Assembly (NCBI GenBank): GCA_965645245.1
Contig: OZ287080.1
Location: 1,178,001-1,242,000, forward strand
Reading direction: 5' to 3'
Source of the DNA: Massalongia carnosa
Taxonomy: Eukaryota
DNA length: 64,000 nucleotides
Each line of letters opens with the position of its first letter. Position 1 is the stretch's first letter. Positions 1-12,109 of the stretch are shown here, one piece after another. The notes beneath the pieces were generated by a model. That model did no database searches. It had not been told where the DNA came from and was given only the letters and a program-made list of their open reading frames with translations. Both the position numbers and the translations under genes were made by a program.

Positions 1-1680
1 CAGATCCTCTAAGGCCTGGAAATCGTTCGGCTGCACGACACGAGCGCGGCCCCACCGATCGGCGGCATATTGAAGAGTCGAAGGATCAACCGGCTGGGCC
101 TCTCCCCAATGTATTTTATGAATAAGCTGCAGCATGTTAAAGCGAAGATGCCATAACCCTAATCCCGGTAAAATCCAGTCGAACCGATCGAAAGATTGCT
201 CCGATATCCCACGACGTAATTCCTTGACAGATTGCATTCTCGACCATGTCTTGAGGTCACCATAGATAAGCCGAATGACGCTCGCAAACGTCGAGTCATC
301 CTCCTTGAACTTGAACTGTCGCACAAATATATCCTCCAATATTTGAATATTATTAGATGTTGTGCTCTCATCCTTCATGACTGGTTTGATAGGAATGTAA
401 TTGGTCTTGTATTTTTTCATCTTATTCAGCACGGGCATTGCAGTCGACCAAGGAAGTTGAACGTCGCCGATCTCTGGGCCATAAAGCGCTCGAATCGCTG
501 ACTCTAGATGATGAAGACGAATCTCGGTACGCGGTGCATTAGCGATTGAGCGCGGTATATACACCTCGTCCTGTATTGAACTCACCTGCATCTCGAGATC
601 ACCAGTCTCCAGCTTTCGCGCAATTCTTTCAGCTGATAAAAGATGCGTGGCGGGGCGCCACATATCCTGCCTCAAAGCGCCGGCATCGAATCCTTGCCCC
701 TGGAAAATTAGAGCGGTAGTGATTGATCTGACGTCTCTATTATCCCCCGTGCGCTCTCCTCGTTTACCTTCTGCGAAGTCAAAGTTATCGTATGTCAAGA
801 TCATGTTTGAGCCTTGTCCTAGCATCTGAACCTTTCGTTCGGCCTCCTTAATCAAGGACAACATGCGCCGCTGCAGGGTAGTATATGACATCGTCAGGTC
901 AAAATGACAGAGTGTATCTAGAACTCGCCGCCTCGCCCCACCTTGATAAATATAAAGGCCTAAGACGGACTGAATATTGGTCGCCTTATTTGGTCGCAAT
1001 TTGTGACAAAGCATTGCCAATATAACGGTGTGCCGGCCGCTGGGAGAATCCAACGTCACATCGAGAGGTTCCTGCGGGCGAGCCTCGCGACAAACACTAT
1101 CAATTAGCTCAAGCCATCGTGGCGCCAACTGCTTGGCGGCAGATGCAGCAAGTTTAATAGCCTCCAAGGTCCCAAACTCGACTGTCGCAGAGGGCGGCTG
1201 GAAAGGGCCAAAGGCTGCGTGATCTGCCAAAGCTTTGATTTCTTCACGAAGCACATCCGCGGCCCAAACCCATCCTCTCTCGCGAAGGATAGTGGATATT
1301 CTACCAGGCCCAATGAGGCTTGAAAAGTCTTCTTGCCGCACAATATCGACATAGACAAAATCGAAGAGCTGGCCTTGCGCCTTTCGCATACTATGACGGG
1401 CTCGATTCTTACAAAGTGTTGATAAAAAATCTTTTACCGACCAATTTAGAGAGCTCAGAAATTTAAGCACCTCAACCAGCTTGTCGTAATCTGATATGCG
1501 CCGGCGGTGGCGTTTCGCGCCTCCATTTTTTTCAGGTAAGGCAGGAGGGGAGGAGGAAGAGGGTGAGCTATCATTACTGCCTGACAGCGATGGGTGGGGC
1601 CGCTTGAGCGCACCGGCGGGAGTCAAGGGACTTGTCCGTAGGTCGGTAAGTGGCGAGGAGGGGCCCCCGACAAGAGCCAT
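1..1680 (-). CDS. DUF6589-like putative transposase (Academ/AcademH-like), 3' end runs off the window
   Basis: Manual translation from ATG 1680 is open to base 1 (absent from the ORF track, probably because there is no stop in the window). Motifs: NIQSVLGLYIYQGGARRRVLDTL...SY, TYDNFD, IYGDLKTWSR, GLGLWHLRFN. Possible in-frame intron at ~523-585. Confidence 0.75.
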   Translation of the reverse strand, partial: MALVGGPSSPLTDLRTSPLTPAGALKRPHPSLSGSNDSSPSSSSPPALPEKNGGAKRHRRRISDYDKLVEVLKFLSSLNWSVKDFLSTLCKNRARHSMRKAQGQLFDFVYVDIVRQEDFSSLIGPGRISTILRERGWVWAADVLREEIKALADHAAFGPFQPPSATVEFGTLEAIKLAASAAKQLAPRWLELIDSVCREARPQEPLDVTLDSPSGRHTVILAMLCHKLRPNKATNIQSVLGLYIYQGGARRRVLDTLCHFDLTMSYTTLQRRMLSLIKEAERKVQMLGQGSNMILTYDNFDFAEGKRGERTGDNRDVRSITTALIFQGQGFDAGALRQDMWRPATHLLSAERIARKLETGDLEMQVSSIQDEVYIPRSIANAPRTEIRLHHLESAIRALYGPEIGDVQLPWSTAMPVLNKMKKYKTNYIPIKPVMKDESTTSNNIQILEDIFVRQFKFKEDDSTFASVIRLIYGDLKTWSRMQSVKELRRGISEQSFDRFDWILPGLGLWHLRFNMLQLIHKIHWGEAQPVDPSTLQYAADRWGRARVVQPNDFQALEDL

Positions 1681-2167
1681 GGCTTTCGTCAGATAGCTTC
1701 AATCTAGATAAATCATACAATACCATTGATTGGCCGTCGTTATTCATATCATCATGATCTTTGTAACTCAATGTAATCGCGCCACATGAAAATAATCAGT
1801 TCATCAACCTCAAAATTGAGCGAAAGCGAACAATTTATCACTTAATCGACTTTCACATCGCTTTTCTTAGCCTGACAGTAGTTATAACACATGATTATCG
1901 AGTCATCCATCTTGAGAGGTGCGTTTTTGGTATAAAATACAGTCTCTGGTAAACTAATACGACCCTAATCATTGTATTAAATCCATAAAAGGAATGGTTG
2001 CACTGCTAAAATTTTTATTACGCGGATCTGGCCGTAATTTTGAGTTTTGCGCTCAGACGTGCTATCGCACTGATGTTAGTCAGCAGCGACGCTAACCCGA
2101 AGGGGCTTAGCGAAAATAGGCTAACCCGGAGGGGCTTAGCCGGCTCATTGAGCCACGCACGTCTGAG
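1..2167 (-). mobile_element. Putative DUF6589/Academ-like DNA transposon, terminus near 2167
   Basis: Transposase-like ORF plus a structured region at 2051-2167: 11-bp inverted repeat CTCAGACGTGC/GCACGTCTGAG enclosing two GCTAACCC..GGGCTTAGC hairpins and GGCTCATTGAGCC. Exact end is inferred. Confidence 0.5.
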
Positions 2168-2298
2168 GTACTGAGGCAACCAAGCATGAAATTTTCGAAA
2201 TTTATTACTAAGCACATATACATATCTTGTAGATAGATCGATACCTCATTTTGATAGTCACTCTCATACATTTAAAGGTATCTTCCTATTTTATACTC

Positions 2299-3308
2299 AT
2301 GGCTCAACGCGGTGGAAGAAAGAAAAATTCTCTAATTGAGAATTTCAAAGACGTGATCACCATGGGATTGAAAAAACCTCAGCATCAATGCATTCATTGT
2401 GGTCATCAGACTACCAAGAATGCTGTAAGAGGACTATCACATTTAGATCAATGTGATGCCTACAAACAGAAGATAACAAAGAAGGAAGATGCCTCGTTCA
2501 GTTCTAGATCAATCCAACTGCCCATTACCACCATGATTCGTCCCCTTAGCCAGAGTCAAATTGCTCATGCTCATCGCGAGGCGGCGATTCCTGTTTATAT
2601 GACAAATCTTCCCTTCAACCACTTCGAGAATCCCTATGTTATTGCGGCATTTCAAGCTCTTTCTACTGGATACAAGCCCCCTCATGCCAGACTGATGGCT
2701 GGACGATTGTTGGATGAAGCCTATGAAACAGTTAAATTCAAAATAAATCAAGAATTGAATGCTTGCAATCATTTCAGCTTTTTTACCGACGAGACAGCCA
2801 ACATTCGAAAAGAGCGAGTAATAAATCTCTGCTGTCACGTTCCCACATCTGTCACTTCTAGTGGCGGAGGATTTCTGCTAAAAGCTGATGTCGGAGTGGC
2901 GGAAAAAATGACGGCAGTCGTACAAGCTGAATGGGTGATAAACGGATGTAGGGATGCTACCAACAATCAGCTTGAAAGGGTTAATTGTATCTGCACCGAC
3001 ACGTGCTCTAAAATGAAAGCCATGTGGACGGAAATTTCGAAAAGTGCAGAGATGAAGCATGTTTTCTTCGTACCTTGCGATAGTCATGGTTTGCAGCTAT
3101 TGTTAGGAGACATTTTGAAATTTCCTTATTTTACAAATGTTATAGAAAAGGCTCAGTTGATCGTCATCAGTTTTCGCGGATCAAATAAGGAATTAGCCAG
3201 TTTATGGAAATACCAAATGAAGGCATACAAACAGCGTCGTTCCTTGGTTCTCAACGTTCTCACCAGATGGGGTACGACGGTTGGTCTTTTAAATTCAGTA
3301 CTGAATAA
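2299..3308 (+). CDS. hAT transposase, N-terminal part
   Basis: BED-like zinc finger (CIHC...HLDQC), FFTDET and CTDT acidic residues, CDSH (CxxH), TRW motif. Confidence 0.9.
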
Positions 3309-3609
3309 CGAGACCGTGCCATCTCAGAACTGAGATTTTGGAACCGGTTTCAAGTTTTTACGATCGATACAATTCGTAGAAGGTTGTAAATTTAAAACCA
3401 CGTATGCAATACAAAATTATCTATTTAATTTCAGGATTGAAATCGAAAAATTGAAAACTTTTCTTAAAATTTCTAAAACTTACGACTTGCGAAATTAGCG
3501 GAAAATGTCACACTTGATGACCCGGACGATAAATTTTTGATAACACAATAAACTTGCTCTCTATTTTGCAATTGAATACATTTTCTAAGTGACATGATAC
3601 CCTATATCA

Positions 3610-6438
3610 TCATAAACTTACAGCAGGATTCGGAGGAACATGAGTTATCATGTCATGTTGCGATCGCAGAATTACTTCCGGATATACAATGTTATCCGTT
3701 TTCCAGTCATTTCGTTCCGGAAACAACATACACAATCGAGACACATCCATAACTCGAGATAATGCCACATATAACTGACCATGAGTAAAAGGAGGAGCTC
3801 GCAAATCGACTCCTATCGTGTCCAATGATTGACCTTGCGACTTGTTGACAGTCATAGCAAAGCACAATCGTATCGGAAATTGTTTGCGACTTATGATCCA
3901 GGGCAACTCGCCTTCCGTGGTATTAAGAAGAATCCGGGGAATTAATCGCGTTTCACCGTTGAATTCTTATCCCAAAATCTTTCCCTCTAGACAGGTCCGC
4001 GAAATGTGAGTAAGACGTAATCGGGTGCCGTTACAGAGACCAAGTTTGGGATACAAATTCCGCAAAAAAATGATTCGGGCTCCAAGTTTCAGTTGCAATT
4101 GTGAAGGTGGTATAGACGATGTTTGCAAGGGTTGTAAAAACTCGGGAGGAAGAAAGTCTCCTCGTTCCTGCGCCGTATCGTTCTCTATTTGATCAACGGA
4201 GTTCAAGGTGTGCGAACCGCCCTGCAATTTATTCAGTACTGCACCGTTTAACTCCGCGACGATATCGTTCCGCAAAGTCAAAAGTGCTCGACTTGCGAAA
4301 GAATCCGCATCCAGATGAGCTTGCCGCATGCGATCGGAAGGAAAAACGGTGTCCACGAAACTGTCTAAGTTGTTCAGTTGATTGACTTGTTCCGGTAGCT
4401 GAACACGACCGGAAAAAGCAGGATCATAAGACATTTTCCCGATCCAGTCCGCAAACGCCTCATTGGCGACTTCGTTACGAATTCGCATGATTTGACGCAA
4501 AAACAGTTTTTGAAATCGCGGCCACAGAAGGTGTTTTGAATGTTCGCCGCAACGATGGCTTCCCGATTTCCACGGGGAACAACGGGCAAGATTTGAGCGA
4601 AATCTCTGCCTAACACCATCGGAATAACTCCGAAAGGTCGTCATTACCTAAAAGGTCCGTAAAAGTGCGATGTACGGCCATGAAGCATTGTTTGTGTTGC
4701 ATCGGCACCTCATCCCCAATGATTAAGGCTGTGCGTTGCAAAAGACAGTGTAAATGCGTGTTGCGGGTGATATTACACATGCTGTCCTCATTTAAAATCA
4801 AAGGAATTTTCAACCGGGAATGTGAAGTCTGTCCGCTAGGAAGAAGTAAAGCCGCAATGCCGGGAGACGCAACGCAAAGAATGGTTTTATTCTCCGCCCG
4901 AATATCATTGCAAAGAGTCTAATATAAAAAAGTCTTACCTGTTCCTGCAGGTCCGTGAACAAAAAAATGCGCCATTCTAGGATAATCTCTAACTCCCGCA
5001 ACAATGGTATCAAAACAGTATTTTTGATCCGCATTCAATTGAGTATATCGTTCATTTCGTAACGTCGTTTCTTCGTTGAAATCGTAAGTCATTTCTGTAA
5101 CGGTTCGACCATGCGTGGTGCGGACGGCAGGACCTACAGCGAACAAAGCAGGAGTCCCAGTTATAGTAGAATAGAGCTTGGTCTGCGGACTAAGTATTGT
5201 GCCTTTTGGTTGGGAGGACAGGTGGCGCAATGGTAGAAATCTATTTACTTCTCGCTTCGTCACAATTTCATTTGCGATCAACGGATTTCCAGTACTCCGA
5301 CCCCAATCGTATGTAAACAGCGGCATATTCTAATCCTCTAATCGTTTTCCTAAATCCGAAAGACCTCCGTTTAACAAATAAAGGCCGTAATCTAAATGCG
5401 GACTCATTAAATCGTCAGGAACATCAGTCATTGATCGTAATCGATGCGGTAAATCGTCATATATATCATTTGCGTATCGATTCCATAAGGCCGTAGGATC
5501 CGTAACACGACGATCATCGGTTGTGGCCGCATTCTCCCGCAAAGCCTCGCTGGCGGATTTGTAAAGCCTGATAAAGGGATTCATATTGTGCAACATCTCT
5601 GTTAAACGTCGTACAATATCGGGATCCAATTCTGTATGTTGTCGAGTACGAATCGCGGTTGCTTCGTCGGGATCGTAAAAAACAGTTGAGCAAAGCGAGG
5701 AGAATCGTCAACGGGATCCAAAGGACCTTGCAGGTGATACAGTTCTCCGTGATTTTGAAAACATACCGGTCCACGACCGTTGCGAGGAAGTCGGCGATCG
5801 GGTTTGTAGTTTACGGAGGTGAACGTCAACGTGGAATTATATTTTCGGAGGTTTTTGCGAAATGTGCGGGTTCTAATATCGTCACCAATTAACAGTTGCC
5901 GTAAATAATCAGGAGGAGGCTGAAACGGTGGCAACACGACACCACCTCGCTTGCAACAGGATTTGTATACTCGATCTCGTCTTCTGTCACTCTGAACAGC
6001 TTCCGTTCCCAATGCCACGCACCGCAGTTTCTGCAATGATCTGTCGTGTTGAATTCGTTGTATCGCGGATTCTAAAGTGTACTGACTTTTAAATGCGGCA
6101 GGAAAGTTACGATTTGCAGCCGCAAGGTCACGGGCTTCAACAGTACGGTCGCGACGACGTGTTCGACGATTTCCTCGTGACTCACGATGATTAACAGGTG
6201 GAGAAACAGGTCTGGAACTCGCAATGGATGGAGAAATATGTCCGAAACTCGACCTTACGAAACCGCGAGCTCGGTTGTGATTGTACTGACCCGCTTCTGC
6301 TTCGTTGAGCAGCATTTCTTCCCAAATGTTCGGATTTTCCAACTGCAAATCACTTCGATTTGGCGGGCTTGGCGAGTGGAAAGCCGACGATACGGGAGAA
6401 ACGGAATTCGTTATTGAACTGTTAGGCGAACTCTGCAA
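3610..6438 (-). pseudogene. Helitron RepHel pseudogene (N-terminal region and PIF1 helicase; Rep core deleted)
   Basis: CCKRGGVVLP...YNSTLTFTS...PRFAQL, NPFIRLYK; PIF1 motifs GPAGTGKT, LCNGTRL, QFPIRLCFAMTVNKSQGQS, HGQLYVALSR. Multiple frameshifts and stops; no HUH/Y2 motifs seen. Confidence 0.9.
5096..5264. mobile_element. Solo LTR (169 bp) inside the Helitron
   Basis: TGTAACG...CGTCACA termini, perfect 5-bp TSD ATTTC (5091-5095, 5265-5269); interrupts RepHel homology. Confidence 0.85.
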
Positions 6439-6728
6439 AGATGGAAGAGTGACAGGAGATACAATCGAACTTCTTGGAGGAGCAGGCGGACGCAGGAAAA
6501 GACTAACAGAACGTTTTCGGTGATCGTAAGATTAGACGAACGCGTTTTGCGGGAGGATTTTCCGGAGAATTCACTTTATTATGCGGTCTACGGAGAGAAC
6601 ACCATTGTCGTAACGGAATGGGAAGTCGAGAAACGATTTCTCGAGGAGAAGAGCTAGGCTGCAAAGATATAGCGGTAGTCGTTGCGAAGAGATCAGATAA
6701 TTGTAAATGCTAAACCCAATTAAGACTA

Positions 6729-8596
6729 CGGAGGCGAATCTCAAAAGTAATGATAATACGCTAAAAGCTAGTGCCGTAATTTAAATTTTCCGTACCGAGC
6801 AAATTTTCCCCTTTTCTTTCCCCTTTTCTCATCCCAAATCATTTACGAACCAACATTTGATCAAAGCATCATCATGGTCAATAAATCAGCTGATATTTCT
6901 TTGCGGGCTCAGGTCTTGACGTTGTCTTATTGCACCCCGGCCTCAATTGAATTTATTGCAGCTACTACAGGTTATTCTGTCCCCAACATTTATCGTATTC
7001 GTCGCATTTCCAGGGATCGAGGATTTGATCCCGCCATTTCTTTGCAGGTGCTTGATAAATACGCCCGTCATGAAGAAAAATCTGGTCGACCGAGAAAGGC
7101 TACTACTGAGAAAGAAGATGAAGTCATTGATCTAGTCATAAAAGACAGATACGCCCGTGAAAAAACCAGTGCCCAGTTGGCAAGAGAAGTTGGACTGTCC
7201 AGATGCACCGTGTGGAGAATCCTGAAACAAAGAGGCTATAAAAAAGTCAAACCGTCGTATAGACCAGGGCTTACTCCTGAAATGAAAGCGGCTAGACTGG
7301 CTTTTTGTCTCCTGTATAAAGACTGGACCGTGGAGGATTGGAAGCGGGTTATTTGGTCAGATGAAACAGCAATAGTGCTTGGTCACCGTCGCGGAGCTGT
7401 CAAAATTTGGCGTACAACCAAGGAAGAAGACCAGTCAAATCCACCGTACGTGCTAGGTGGCATGGGGCTCATGAATTCATGTTTTGGGGATGCTTTTCCT
7501 ACGATTGGAAGGGGCCATGTCATTGCTGGAAACCGGAGACAAAAGCGGAAAAAGCGGAAGCCAAAACCAAGCTTGACGAGATGAATGCTGCATTGGAAGC
7601 CAGTGAGAGATTAAATTGGGAGCTGACCAATGGAATGAGACGTCTTCCAACTCGCAATTTACCAGGAAAAAAGCCGCAATGGAAATGGGATGAGGAACAT
7701 GGAAAGATGAGCAGAAAAGAAGGTAAAGGAGGCATTGATTGGTGGCGGTATCAAAACGTCATACTTCTGCCAAAACTGATTCCTTTTGCTCAGCAATGCA
7801 ATGCAAAAAGAAGGGAAGCCGGATTGTCTGAAATGATCGTACAGGAAGATAAGGCTCCGTCTCATGCTTCCAAGCATCAGATTCCCATCTTCTCTCGTCA
7901 TGGCATCGAGCGTCTTTTATAGCCCGGAAATTCTCCTAATCTCAACATGATTGAACCCTGCTGGCCCTGGATGAAGCGACGTACAACTGCCAAAGGTCCT
8001 CCTAGTTCTCGGTTAATTGCTGAATCTATGTGGCATCGCACTTGGGACGATCTACCTCAGGAGAATATTCAGGCATGGATTGTAAGAATTCCACGTCACA
8101 TTGCAAAAGTCATTGAATTGGAAGGTGGAAATGAGTATTGCGAAGGACGTTTGGACGTTGATGGACGGACCAAAGAAGGAAAAATGCGACTTCAACAGCT
8201 GAGGGAAGAGTTGCTCAGTAATACAGCAAAACCAGCTTCTTCTTCTTCTTCTTCTTCTTCTTCTGTGGCGTCAACGAGACCATCATCCAGACAATCAAAT
8301 AATGATACACCCAGCCCGTTGAATGTCAGGGCAGTTACCCCTGAGCCCCCTACACAGAAGCCATTGACACCTCCCTTATTGAGAAAAAGAGCCGTTTTAT
8401 CTCCGAAAAATCACCTTCCCCCACGAATTCAAAAGGTGGTTCGTACTGCAGCCAGTTTCAGACCAAAAAGACGTTGATTAGATGGTTGGTAATGGCATTT
8501 GTAGATAGTTGGTAGAATTTCAGGCTCGGTTATGGAAAATCTAAATTACGGCGCTAGTCTTTAGCGTATTATCATTAGTTTTGAGATTCGCCTCTG
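6729..8596 (+). mobile_element. Tc1/mariner element inside the Helitron
   Basis: ~70-bp imperfect TIRs (CGGAGGCGAATCTCAAAA.../...TTTTGAGATTCGCCTCTG), TA on both sides. Confidence 0.92.
6874..8477 (+). pseudogene. Tc1-type DDE transposase pseudogene
   Basis: HTH region, WSDE, QEDKAPSH, SPNLNMIEPCW; frameshift at ~7430 and TAG at 7920-7922 where Trp is expected. Confidence 0.9.
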
Positions 8597-8923
8597 TACG
8601 TTAAACCGAATCGAGGGTTTTCGCAGGTTCATTGAACAGACGGATTTAGCGCAGTTTTCGGGAACATCAAAACATGAAAAACGCGAACAACGACCACCTC
8701 TCGCGGCCCACAACGAACGTAAAGAACGTAGTTTTCGTGATACGGACTGATATCAACAGGATCAGTTGATCTCCGAAGTTGACGAAGTGAAACGGTCCGG
8801 TACGGTCTAGGCAAGAGGGGAATTTTTGTCCTGTCCGGAGGGAGGTCCTCCCCGCATTATTTGATAATTCAGTACTGTTCCGCAAGCCGCGTTCCCTTTT
8901 TCGGGTTAAATCTAACCGAATAA

Positions 8924-9899
8924 GGTGTTGCCCAAAGTAGCAGGGGAACTACTTCAGTACAATATAGATCAACAGGCCTTGTTGGATTATTTTCAGCAGA
9001 AGAATCCAGGCATAGATCAGGGAAGAAATAAACCTTTGGGAAGTTTCGTCAACGATTATTCCTTTTGGAAGAAACTGACCATGGTCAAAAAGATACTGAA
9101 TCCCATTCATAAACTTCAGTACATGTCCGAAGCCGAGGGATATAAGCTATACACCGTAACAAATAACTGGAATATCATTCGCTCTCATCTGTACTCGATG
9201 GCCGAAGAAGAAAGCGACAGTGAGGCGGATCTATATCACATTGCTCACGTCGTTTGGGAAGATAGATATCTCAGTCAAATAACAGAGCTTCATGTGGTTG
9301 CATCTCTTCTGCTTCCGCAAAATCGTACGATAAAGGTGGTCGGAGTTACTACAGAACATGCTTTTTCATCGATCATGCATAGATTCTTTGCTCGATATCT
9401 GAATGCTGAAGATAGCATCGTTGCCATGAGACAATGGCTTGCTTTTCGAGATCAGGAAGATGGATTTCATGCAAACTCAGAATGTTGGACTTATCAGATG
9501 ACACCGGAGCTGTTTTGGAATTTTTGCAAGCATTTTGCATTGATTCTTAGCAAGCTGGCCAGAAAGGTAATGATGCTTCCTGGCAATTCAGTGCTGGCAG
9601 AAAGAAGTTGGTCGGTCATGAATTTGATCATGAACAAGACTCGAAATTCCATGGCATCGATCAACGTGGATAAGCTGATGTTTATTTATCTGAATGAAAG
9701 AACTCTTAACCGACCGAAAGAAATCAAAAGGAAGCTACAATTCGCAGGCATTGACATAGAAGAAGACGATCTATGTGAGATGGAAGACAGATTGTTGCAG
9801 GAAGAAATCTCTCTGCAAGAAACAGCGACAGTAAAATCGTTGAAACGACCAGCAAGTCAAGCGATAGAGGGAGATGCGGTCAGGCTCAGAGATACTTGA
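8924..9899 (+). CDS. hAT transposase, C-terminal part with dimerisation domain
   Basis: FW...LSKLARKVMMLPGNSVLAERSWS...R; in frame with the 5' half once the Helitron is removed. Confidence 0.9.
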
Positions 9900-10114
9900 G
9901 ATTGTATGAAGATTAATAGCTAAATCAAGTATCTTCAAGTTGGCATGTCCTCGTTCCTATTTTCCGCTTTCCCCGCACCCCCCCCCCCCTGCCTACCCCC
10001 CTGCAAAACATCCATGAAAATTTCACTCGTGAAAGTCGCAGTGAAACTTTCATCCCGATCGGGTTAGGCAAAAGTTCATGAAAGTTTCATTTCAGAGCCC
10101 TAGGTGCAGTAGGC

Positions 10115-10393
10115 ATTCCGCCGAATGCGGGTTGGACAAAAATGTATAGGACGCTCGTAGATCCGGAAGCGCTCGAGCAAGCCAATGAGCGTTTTGAGGA
10201 GTGGCCAGAGTTTGTGATTGTGCCGAGAGTTTTGACAAGAGAAGAGATTGAAACTTACGCGGCAAGGAGCATAGAGGTTAGGAGGAGACGAAAGGAGATT
10301 GAAGAACGACTGGGTGTCAGTCCATCGGCTGGGGCACTGACGGCGCCTACAGTGCATGTAGAAATTCTTACTAAAAAGGACCTTAGCGAGTAA
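10115..10393 (+). CDS. 3' exon or fragment of a conserved fungal protein, abutting the hAT right end
   Basis: IPPNAGWTKMYRTLVDPEALEQANERFEEWPEFVIVPRVLTREEI resembles a recurrent fungal C-terminal domain (WTKI...LVxPEAL...ERFE...VIVLRVL). Confidence 0.55.
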   Translation: MPPNAGWTKMYRTLVDPEALEQANERFEEWPEFVIVPRVLTREEIETYAARSIEVRRRRKEIEERLGVSPSAGALTAPTVHVEILTKKDLSE

Positions 10394-11278
10394 TCATCAA
10401 TGCCACCTGCGAGGCCTTCAGACATCGTTGGAGATCCGCCGAGAACAGCAGCTGATCAACTACTATGAGCCTAGGCCACGTTGGATCTATCATTCATTGT
10501 TTACCAATCGAGACTATGTGGTGTTGAAGATAATGAGATAGGAAGTTTCACTTTCTCCGAGCATTCTCTCAAAAAATTCTGGTGCGGCTTTTTTTTTTGC
10601 AGCGTGAGCTATGTATTTCGGAAAAAGAAAAGACACCTTAAAATAAGTCCCGTCGCCTTCAGTCAAGTTCTCGGAATGTTTACTTTAGGAGATACACCTC
10701 TTATTAAAAACTATATGTATAACTGATGAGTCTCTTAGGAACGCTGCTACGAGTACATTTGCATAGACCTTAAGGAATGGACGTTTCAACTAGAGACGGG
10801 AACTCTGCTAACTATCAAGGTTCCACGGCATCTTCCCACTCCGACAGTTAATCGCTTAAGCCGATATGGGCAGAGGAATGTTTCATCTGATTATCAGTGT
10901 AAAAGCCGTTAGTTGATCGTCAAGGAACTCTGGTTTCTTGTTTTAACGGCATTTTGAAATGCACATTTCAAAATGATGAGAGTTTGTTTTGGTTTTGGTC
11001 AAGTTGTCATCATCCTATCGTACAGGTTGCCGATTGTTTTCAATGTGATTCTAGCCTGGAGGGACACTGGCTGTCCGTCAACCTTGCATGGCTGACACGT
11101 TTCAGGATGAATGCCTCGTAGCTGAACTCCCTATATACACGGCTCGCTCGGGTTAGTGAAGCCCCATCCAATATCTTGACGTCGCTGCGGGAATAGCTGC
11201 AGGCTTAAAGTCTCTGCTTTTCGCCTTTCTGGAACCATCTTCAGTGCGCCCCTCCCGAAGATAACTTTCCCTCGTCTC

Positions 11279-12109
11279 ATGTATCTATTGAGGATGCGGC
11301 CGCTGTTCTCTCTGGTGAAATGGGCTTTAATTTTTCAGGTCGTGGGAGCATTGAGATTTTGCCCCAATGATGATTTCAGTCTCTGCTGTGACGTACCTGT
11401 GGACATAGCTGGAATCCCCTGGCCGGAATGGGTGTGGCAATGCTATGACCGTAAGGCTTCCCATCCATAATCCCTCAAATGTACGCCTGGCGGAGATTTT
11501 CGTTATATCCAAATCTAACGCCATTTTGTTTACAAGCTCAAATTTCCCCGGAATTCATAAATGAAGAGACTGGGGAATGTGCAAGTGGACGGAAGCAGAA
11601 ATGTTGCGCAAATGCCAGTGTGGGCTTCTCCTTCCTTTTTCTCTTTTCTTCGTTTGCTCATTGTCCTGGATCGTGAAAAATCGAGCGAGAATAAGCTAGT
11701 GGCTACTAGTTGAAGAGAAAAACCCAATGTTAATGGGGAAACACAGAGGGGCCCAGTTATAGAAGTTGCAGACTGCAAAGACCCCCCCCCCATCGAGACC
11801 CAACACCGACCTGCAACTCAATATATCCCTCCACTCAAAGCTCAACCCAATTCTGAAGTCGAGGAAACGCCATCCGGGTTTTGCACTCCCCGTCCCCACA
11901 GAAGAAGGAGTCTGGCGGGAGAGGACAGGTTGGTCGAGCGGAATGCAGTTCAGGACGGTGAGACGGCAGTCTCTGCAGGTGGGGATGGGGCAGGCGCACC
12001 TTTAGGGGGCGTTACTCTAGACTCTGCAGGGCTAGATGAGAATGCGTTCATGCTGGCCGATGGAAATAGCCAGGCGGCGAAGGCAAAATATACAGGGCTT
12101 GGCTGTTGA
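11279..12109 (+). CDS. Secreted Cys-rich protein with hydrophobin-like 8-Cys pattern (3 exons predicted)
   Basis: Signal-peptide-like N-terminus; C-x7-CC-x17-C | intron | C-x7-CC | intron | ...DCK; last exon open to TGA 12107-12109. Splice sites approximate. Confidence 0.6.

Larger units (their letters stand above)
3309..8917 (-). mobile_element. Non-autonomous, decayed Helitron-like element (non-canonical, HLE2/Helitron2-like termini)
   Basis: Insert splits hAT codons with GAATAA on both sides (3303-3308, 8918-8923); hairpins at both ends (ATCTCAGAACTGAGAT 3321-3336; TCGGGTTAAATCTAACCGA 8901-8919); RepHel fragments inside. Confidence 0.85.
2168..10102 (+). mobile_element. hAT transposon, interrupted by a Helitron; left TIR not found in the window
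   Basis: Right end ...TTTCATTTCAGAGCCCTA (10102) with subterminal CATGAAA/TTTCA repeats; a similar CATGAAATTTTC motif at ~2185; hAT transposase in two pieces. Confidence 0.85.
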
